Origin: Candidatus Micrarchaeota archaeon
GTDB lineage: Archaea > Micrarchaeota > Micrarchaeia > Micrarchaeales > CABMGC01
Direction: 5' to 3'
NCBI GenBank assembly: GCA_021789155.1
Contig: JAJYJW010000002.1
Coordinates: forward strand, 1 to 58,697
Length of the DNA: 58,697 nt
A program made the position numbers and the translations under genes. Shown here piece by piece: positions 53,425 to 58,697 of the stretch (positions are counted from its first letter, which is position 1; every line of letters begins with the position of its first letter). Below the pieces are notes generated by a model that was not told where the DNA came from, made no database searches, and saw nothing but the letters and a program-made list of their open reading frames with translations.

Positions 53425-53996
53425 GCAGTGAGGGTTGCAACCTTCACAGTTATCATAGGGTTTGATCCGCCAGGCGCTCCGCTCTGAAGAGTGTAGTTCA
53501 TCCATAGGGAACCGCTAAATGACTGGCCTACGGCAATATTCGTTACCGCATTGGCATTGGTGTCGAAGCACTTCAAATTGCTTACTGTAGCGGTTTGTCC
53601 GCTAGTAAGTGTCAGTGCAACTGCATCTTGTCCAGGTGCATTTGCAGTTAGTGCGTTAGCTGCGCCGCTACTGTCTATATATACTACAGCACTTGACGGG
53701 TTAGGCGTTCCTCCAGAGGAGGTTGTAGCTACACAGCCAAGTCCAACGTTGTAATATGATGTTCCAGTACTTTGTCCTATCTGGATTGACAAGTTGCCGT
53801 TAGTGCCGAGTTGAGGGGACTGACACAAGAATCCTGGACCTGCTATGCATGTTACTCCTATGAAAGAGCTGCTGCTGAAAATTCCAAGGCTGAACAACGC
53901 TCCTAGCACAACTGCTATGATGAGGATTGCCCATCCGTAGGTCATCAGGTATTCCATTGCAGATTGAAGTTTCATGTTTGACATGCAATCATTCAC
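53412..53996 (-). CDS. short class III signal peptide pilin-like protein P4 (no LamG module)
   Basis: ...MKLQSAMEYLMTYGWAILIIAVVLGALFSLGIF, then a Gly/Ser/Thr/Ala-rich about 150-aa beta-type body; the start could be 53996, 53984 or 53975. Confidence 0.7.
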   Translation of the reverse strand: MNDCMSNMKLQSAMEYLMTYGWAILIIAVVLGALFSLGIFSSSSFIGVTCIAGPGFLCQSPQLGTNGNLSIQIGQSTGTSYYNVGLGCVATTSSGGTPNPSSAVVYIDSSGAANALTANAPGQDAVALTLTSGQTATVSNLKCFDTNANAVTNIAVGQSFSGSLWMNYTLQSGAPGGSNPMITVKVATLTAKVQ

Positions 53997-54009
53997 TATG
54001 CTTAAGTAG

Positions 54010-54023
54010 TATATATTTAAATT
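54010..54023 (-). promoter_or_regulatory. TATA-like box upstream of the short pilin gene
   Basis: The minus strand reads aatttaaatatata about 15-40 nt upstream of the candidate start codons. Confidence 0.3.
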
Positions 54024-54066
54024 ACTTGCTTTGCCTTAAGAGGATAAGTCAGAGGACAAGCAGAGC

Positions 54067-54603
54067 TTATTTAGCTACCTGCTTGTTCTCGTATGAAACT
54101 ATTTTGTAAGTTCCAGAAAGCTTCTTCGAAGCTCTTTTCAATGCTTCATGAGCTATTTTTTTGTTTGCCCCTGCAGTCTTCAGTTCAAATACTGCCTGGC
54201 CCGCAAACATTCTCGCAGCAACGGAGCTTGGCCTTCCGAATGAGAGGGCCATACCCTGGGATATACGGTCTGCTCCCGCACCAGTTGCCCTTTTCTTTTC
54301 CCTTATTATGTCGTGCGGATAAGGCACTACTCTGAGGGAATAGTTGTTTGGCACTTTCCTCTCAAGGTACTTGTTTGCTATCTGACGCGCAGCTTCCAGA
54401 GAATTTGATCTCAACTTGAAGTTCTGCTCTATTGTCAGTTTGAACGTTGTGTCAAAGCTCTTGGTCTTGTTTCCCATATTGAATACCAGCAGGCTTGTGT
54501 GCGGTAGCGACTTTATGAAGTTCTTTCTGGGTTTCCTTATGGAATAACGACTCCATGCTTGGCTGTTTATTTTTCTAACTGCCCTTCCTGGCCTTAATCT
54601 CAT
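54067..54603 (-). CDS. rpl10e: 50S ribosomal protein L10e (uL16)
   Basis: MRLRPGRAVRKI...YSR, LEAARQIANKYL, YPHDIIREKK, GAGADRISQGMALSFGRP. Confidence 0.9.
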   Translation of the reverse strand: MRLRPGRAVRKINSQAWSRYSIRKPRKNFIKSLPHTSLLVFNMGNKTKSFDTTFKLTIEQNFKLRSNSLEAARQIANKYLERKVPNNYSLRVVPYPHDIIREKKRATGAGADRISQGMALSFGRPSSVAARMFAGQAVFELKTAGANKKIAHEALKRASKKLSGTYKIVSYENKQVAK

Positions 54604-54784
54604 CTTTACACCAAATCAAATGCAATACACGAGCTTTCCTAGCGAAATTGCTTCGCAAGAACTAGTACTCGCGATAATTTATTTGCTAGTAACCCTATAT
54701 ATTCCTTTCTGTAGCCGTTGCAACGCATGGTGACGTAACTCGGGAATGGTTTAAATAGATTTAAGCGGAACGAAATGTGATTGC

Positions 54785-55204
54785 ATGATTACCCGAAACA
54801 AGATTTCAAACTATGACGAGCCAATTCAGATGATCGACATAGTGAGGAGTAATGCAGTAAAAGCAAGCGATGCCGATGTAGAAAACGTGTTGTCTCGCAT
54901 TTCTGCCGCATTTACAATGGTTCCTATACTCTACAGAGTATGCTTGAACAACATGAATGTGCCTGAACCTCTTCAAGAATCAAAAAAGTTGTTGCTGGAA
55001 CACCAAGATGCAAGAATACGCGAAATGATAAAAGACAAAGGCTGGCAATTTGACAGTTCAAGGGAAATAACATACGATGAATATTTCCCAGAATTCCTCC
55101 AGCGGCACGAAGCCCTTGTAGATGAGATAAATAGCAACATAATGCGCCAGCTCATGGAAAAAAACACCAGCCTGAAAACGGTAAAACGTCTTGATGATGT
55201 ATGA
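54785..55204 (+). CDS. hypothetical protein
   Basis: 139-aa charged ORF; the antisense ORF 54973-55365 looks like a shadow frame. Confidence 0.45.
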   Translation: MITRNKISNYDEPIQMIDIVRSNAVKASDADVENVLSRISAAFTMVPILYRVCLNNMNVPEPLQESKKLLLEHQDARIREMIKDKGWQFDSSREITYDEYFPEFLQRHEALVDEINSNIMRQLMEKNTSLKTVKRLDDV

Positions 55205-55249
55205 GCAAGCTTTAAATTTCTACCAGTTAATATAATAACATCTGGTTTA

Positions 55250-56791
55250 ATGTCAAAGTTCCTTAACGCGAACTTCTTGGGTAGGTTCCTCACAATATTC
55301 TTGTTTCTTCTCTTATCAATTGCAGGGTTAATATTCTCAATATACCTATTTTCGGTGTCTAGCAACTTCTACATGTATGTGCTCGCAATATCCTTTACCA
55401 TTCTTTCTGTAGTTTCAGGCTTCTTCAACATTTATGCATCAGTCTGGTATTTCCGCTCGTTCTTTTACGATGATTATCTGGCAAAAGTAACGGAGGAAGC
55501 AGGCAAGCTTGAATCTTACCCTACGGTAGCGGTTGCCATGCCTACATTCAACGAAGATCCTGATCTGATAGCAAAGAACATGGCAGAACTAAAGAAGATG
55601 AATTATCCTAAGGACAAGATTCGTTTCTACCTTCTAGATGACTCTACAAAGAAAGAGGTAAGCGCTAAACTTGTCGAAGCAGCAAAGAAGCACGGATTCG
55701 AGTATTCTCATAGGGAGGATCGCACTGGATTCAAGGCAGGGAACATAAACGGTCTTGTTGCGAGGGCAAACGAAGAGTTTCTGGCAATATTCGATTATGA
55801 TGAATTCCTCACGGATAAGGATTTCCTTCTTGATACTCTCCCATTTTTCAAAGACAAGAAGCTTGCACACATCCAAACAGAGAAGAGGTACGCAAAGCAT
55901 TCCTTCTTTTCAGATACAGTCGATATATTCGACGCGTTTTTCTTCAAGTTCATAGAGCCTGCCAGAGCGCTGAATAACACTGCGGTTTTCTGCGGTTCAT
56001 GCGGTGTAGTTAGGATGTCAGTTCTGAAGGAAATGAACGGCTTCCCTACTTTCGTGATAGAGGATACTTTCTTCAGTTTCGAATCGGATATGCTCGGCTA
56101 TAAAGGGCTGTATTTGCCAAAGGTTTATGCTCTTGGAAAACCGATAAAGACCTTCACCGAATTAAGTTCGCAGCAGTGGCGCTACAATTATGGTGATACT
56201 CAGTTCATATCCTATTTCCTAAAGAAGAAGAACAAGAAAGGCTCGCCAATGGCAAAAGTTGATTACATTACTCACGGATTCGGGCTTAATTATCTATCTG
56301 TGGTGGTTCTGCTTTTCACAATAGTCTCGATAGGATTGGTATTCACATATATCCCGTTTGCACATATCAACTTCTACGCGTTGACTGACGCATCGCAACT
56401 TTCCCTTTACATTGAGCTTCTGGGATTGTTCGCATTCACGCTTTCTCTGCTCACGCCGGTATTCCTTACTAAAATATACTTCGGTTCTTTCTCTAAAGGA
56501 TTCATGGTTTTTCTCCTGAACTATACTCTCACTTTCATAAGGACAAAAGCAGCAATAGCCTCATTCTTGAAGGGTAATCCTAGAAAAGGATGGCTTAGGC
56601 AAACCGAGGATACTGTTCATAACATACGTTATGCATTGAGCAATACGAAAACCGAAGTGGTTTTCTCGTCTGTTCTTTTCTTCGCTGGCGCATTCGCGTT
56701 GTTCAACTACAATATCTCTGGCGGCATTTGGATGCTTTGGTATGCAGTGCTGTACGGTCTTACCGTTGTAATGTTCTACAAATACGGGTAG
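55250..56791 (+). CDS. membrane-embedded processive family 2 glycosyltransferase (cellulose/chitin/hyaluronan-synthase-like)
   Basis: N- and C-terminal TM bundles around a GT2 core: VAVAMPTFNEDP, LLDDST, FDYDEF, VIEDTFFS (TED-like), SQQWRYNYG (QxxRW-like). Confidence 0.75.
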   Translation: MSKFLNANFLGRFLTIFLFLLLSIAGLIFSIYLFSVSSNFYMYVLAISFTILSVVSGFFNIYASVWYFRSFFYDDYLAKVTEEAGKLESYPTVAVAMPTFNEDPDLIAKNMAELKKMNYPKDKIRFYLLDDSTKKEVSAKLVEAAKKHGFEYSHREDRTGFKAGNINGLVARANEEFLAIFDYDEFLTDKDFLLDTLPFFKDKKLAHIQTEKRYAKHSFFSDTVDIFDAFFFKFIEPARALNNTAVFCGSCGVVRMSVLKEMNGFPTFVIEDTFFSFESDMLGYKGLYLPKVYALGKPIKTFTELSSQQWRYNYGDTQFISYFLKKKNKKGSPMAKVDYITHGFGLNYLSVVVLLFTIVSIGLVFTYIPFAHINFYALTDASQLSLYIELLGLFAFTLSLLTPVFLTKIYFGSFSKGFMVFLLNYTLTFIRTKAAIASFLKGNPRKGWLRQTEDTVHNIRYALSNTKTEVVFSSVLFFAGAFALFNYNISGGIWMLWYAVLYGLTVVMFYKYG

Positions 56792-56798
56792 TGGTGCT

Positions 56799-57674
56799 TT
56801 GCCAACAAAACTTCAATCCGCAATGGAGTATCTCATGACTTACGGATGGGCAATCCTCATCATAGCTGTAGTATTGGGTGCGCTTTTTCAATTGGGAATC
56901 TTCAATTCCGCTACATTTACGCCCAAGGCGCCGCCAGGCGCATGCCACGTCTTCAGGCCAAACGGCCCAGGAACAACCTCTTTCATAAATACTCAGGGAA
57001 TTTGCAATGGAGAATTGCCGCAATACGTCGCGAAATTCAACGGCGCTGGAAGCATAACAGTACAAAGCAATAACCAAATTACCAATTACAAAAATAAAAT
57101 TACATATGTAATATGGTTTAATCCTTCTATATCAAGCAGCACAATGAGTGATACTGGATTTATGTCTCAAGTCACCGGAAACAACGAGTATATCGATTTT
57201 CTTCTCCATGCAGGATATCTGAGGTACGAAGTGGTCAATTTTTCGGATATTGCAAATCAAGGAGGATCTTTTTTGACGATTTCTCCAGTGAGTGCAGGTT
57301 CGTGGTATCAAGCGGCGTTGACCTATGATGGCGCAACTCTTACCGGTTACCTCAATGGAGTGTTTCAAGCATCCAGAACGCTGAATACAAATATGCCTAC
57401 AAATACAAATCCCCTGCTTCTTGGTTATTACGTCAATTATTTCAAAGGATCTTTAGTTAATGCGCAGATATACAACTCAACTCTTTCCGCCAACGAAATT
57501 ACTGCATTGTATAATGGGGGCATAGGTGCTGCTCCGATTAAGTTAAGCAATCTTGTAGGCTGGTGGCCGCTCAATGGCGATGTGAAGGACTATTCGGGCA
57601 ATAACAACAATGGGGTTCCAACTACTGGCGTTACGTTCATGAGCAATTGGGAATCAGGGTATTCTGCACCATGA
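56799..57674 (+). CDS. class III signal peptide LamG-domain protein P5 (TTG start)
   Basis: MPTKLQSAMEYLMTYGW...; shares PGTTSFINTQGICNGELPQYVAKFNGAG and the identical 104-nt 3' block with P3. Confidence 0.75.
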   Translation: MPTKLQSAMEYLMTYGWAILIIAVVLGALFQLGIFNSATFTPKAPPGACHVFRPNGPGTTSFINTQGICNGELPQYVAKFNGAGSITVQSNNQITNYKNKITYVIWFNPSISSSTMSDTGFMSQVTGNNEYIDFLLHAGYLRYEVVNFSDIANQGGSFLTISPVSAGSWYQAALTYDGATLTGYLNGVFQASRTLNTNMPTNTNPLLLGYYVNYFKGSLVNAQIYNSTLSANEITALYNGGIGAAPIKLSNLVGWWPLNGDVKDYSGNNNNGVPTTGVTFMSNWESGYSAP

Positions 57675-57683
57675 TGTGAGCTG

Positions 57684-58535
57684 TTGATGAGTAAGTTACA
57701 ATCCGCAATGGAATACCTCATGACTTACGGATGGGCAATACTCATCATTGCAGTAGTACTCGGGGCACTCTTCCAACTAGGAATCTTCAATGCGTCTACT
57801 TTTACACCCAAGGCGCCGCCAGGCGCTTGCCATGTGTTTCGTCCTAATGGACCGATGACTACATCGTTCATCAATCTTCAGGGAATATGCAATGGAGAAT
57901 TGCCGCAGTATGTTGGTGTATTTAGTGGAACAAACAGTTACATTAGCTTGGGTAATATCGCAGGCACCAATAATTACTGGTCGATAGCTTTTTGGACACG
58001 CACTTCTACGTTAAGTCCATTGGTACAATATCCGATTGGCTTCAATGGAATAGGGGGACATGCAGGAATCTTTATTGCAGATACAAACGATTGTGGACAG
58101 ACTGCTTGTATAGGAGTTTATGACGGTTTTTCAATTGTAGAAGGTAGTTCAACAGCCACAAATACTTGGTACAACGTGGCGGTTTCAAAGTCAGGGACTA
58201 CTTACAATCTTTACGTCAACGGGGCTTTTGTTAAATCAGGGACTATGACAAACCTTCCCCTTAACCAAGTATTCTTTGCATCTAGACCTGATGCTGCATT
58301 GCTCTTGCATGGCATGTTAGCAAATATGCAGATTTACAATTCAACCATATCTGCAAACGAAATCGGTGCTCTTTACAATGAAGGATTAGGGGGCGCACCA
58401 ATAGCTCTGAGTAGCCTTGTAGGGTGGTGGCCACTGAACGGCGATGCAAAGGACTATTCGGGCAACAATAATAACGGTGTACCCACTGGAATAAGTTTTA
58501 GCAGCAGTTGGCAACAGGGCTATTCTGCACCCTGA
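57684..58535 (+). CDS. class III signal peptide LamG-domain protein P6
   Basis: MMSKLQSAMEY...; 57705-57895 differs from the reverse complement of 51343-51533 (P1) at only 3 positions by eye. Confidence 0.75.
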   Translation: MMSKLQSAMEYLMTYGWAILIIAVVLGALFQLGIFNASTFTPKAPPGACHVFRPNGPMTTSFINLQGICNGELPQYVGVFSGTNSYISLGNIAGTNNYWSIAFWTRTSTLSPLVQYPIGFNGIGGHAGIFIADTNDCGQTACIGVYDGFSIVEGSSTATNTWYNVAVSKSGTTYNLYVNGAFVKSGTMTNLPLNQVFFASRPDAALLLHGMLANMQIYNSTISANEIGALYNEGLGGAPIALSSLVGWWPLNGDAKDYSGNNNNGVPTGISFSSSWQQGYSAP

Positions 58536-58546
58536 TGTGATTATAG

Positions 58547-58697
58547 ATGAATAAAAGATTACAATCTGCGATGGAATACCTCATGACTTACGGATGGGCA
58601 ATACTCATCATTGCAGTAGTACTCGGGGCACTCTTCCAACTAGGAATCTTCAATGCGTCTACTTTTACACCCAAGGCGCCGCCAGGCGCTTGCCATG
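58547..58697 (+). CDS. class III signal peptide pilin-like protein P7, 5' fragment (runs off window end)
   Basis: MNKRLQSAMEYLMTYGWAILIIAVVLGALFQLGIFNASTFTPKAPPGACH...; nearly identical in nucleotide sequence to the P6 5' module. Confidence 0.7.
   Translation, partial: MNKRLQSAMEYLMTYGWAILIIAVVLGALFQLGIFNASTFTPKAPPGACH

Larger units (their letters stand above)
56799..58697 (+). repeat. right arm: tandem paralogous pilin-LamG gene units (two complete, one truncated by the window end)
   Basis: Same conserved 5' and 3' modules as the left arm, in inverted orientation. Confidence 0.85.

Noticed and set aside
50679-58697. CRISPR-like or DGR-like explanation for the repeated and variable pattern in the pilin cluster
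   Set aside because: - The repeats are 100-230-nt coding modules in both orientations, not short direct repeats with unique spacers.
- No reverse transcriptase and no template repeat with adenine-specific mismatches is visible in the window.
- Variability spans the whole core rather than a short C-terminal variable region.

Overview
This is a densely coded archaeal chromosomal window with roughly 80 genes on both strands. No rRNA, CRISPR array, transposase or integrase was recognised.

**Archaeal hallmarks read from the translations**
- GGGP synthase, ribosomal protein L10e and the RNase P Rpp21 subunit.
- Archaeal-type DtdA, RNase Z and TruD/Pus7.
- Two intron-containing tRNAs.
- Class III (type IV pilin-like) signal peptides.
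- Tight gene packing, many ORFans and LamG-type pilins suggest a DPANN (Micrarchaeota/ARMAN-like) or similar archaeon. That assignment is inference only.

**Recognisable core genes**
- Respiration and redox: sdhA, sdhB, a membrane anchor, a 2x[4Fe-4S] ferredoxin and an F420-type NADP oxidoreductase.
- Metabolism: purB, an M20 peptidase, an LMW-PTP/ArsC phosphatase, a PEP/pyruvate-binding-domain protein, two NUDIX hydrolases, a SAM methyltransferase, an SDR epimerase and a proline-dehydrogenase-like protein.
- Regulation and transport: an Lrp regulator and an MFS transporter.
- Glycosyltransferases: two GT2 enzymes, one of them processive-type.
- Other: a type IV pilus/archaellum-family ATPase, a DJ-1/PfpI protein and a Ni-superoxide dismutase with its maturation protease (sodN-sodX).
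- tRNAs: Ile(UAU) and Met/Ile2(CAU), both with introns, and Val(GAC).

**Accessory content**
1. Visibly AT-richer ORFan islands lie at 1-8.8 kb, 13.2-21.3 kb and 25.6-28.4 kb. They contain two eukaryote-like LRR proteins, an archaemetzincin-like and a transglutaminase-like protease, a perfect 216-bp in-frame tandem duplication, and a paralogue pair with a duplicated promoter. They also contain a 7-gene co-directional operon of unknown function.
2. A 59/60-bp direct repeat brackets a GC-richer 4.3-kb block.
3. At 50.7-58.7 kb, seven pilin-like genes lie in two divergent arms around rpl10e and a processive GT2 synthase. Six of them are pilin-LamG fusions with near-identical 5' and 3' ends and hypervariable cores. 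This is my best candidate for an undescribed adhesion/variation system.

All functional calls rest on motifs read by eye. No database search was possible.
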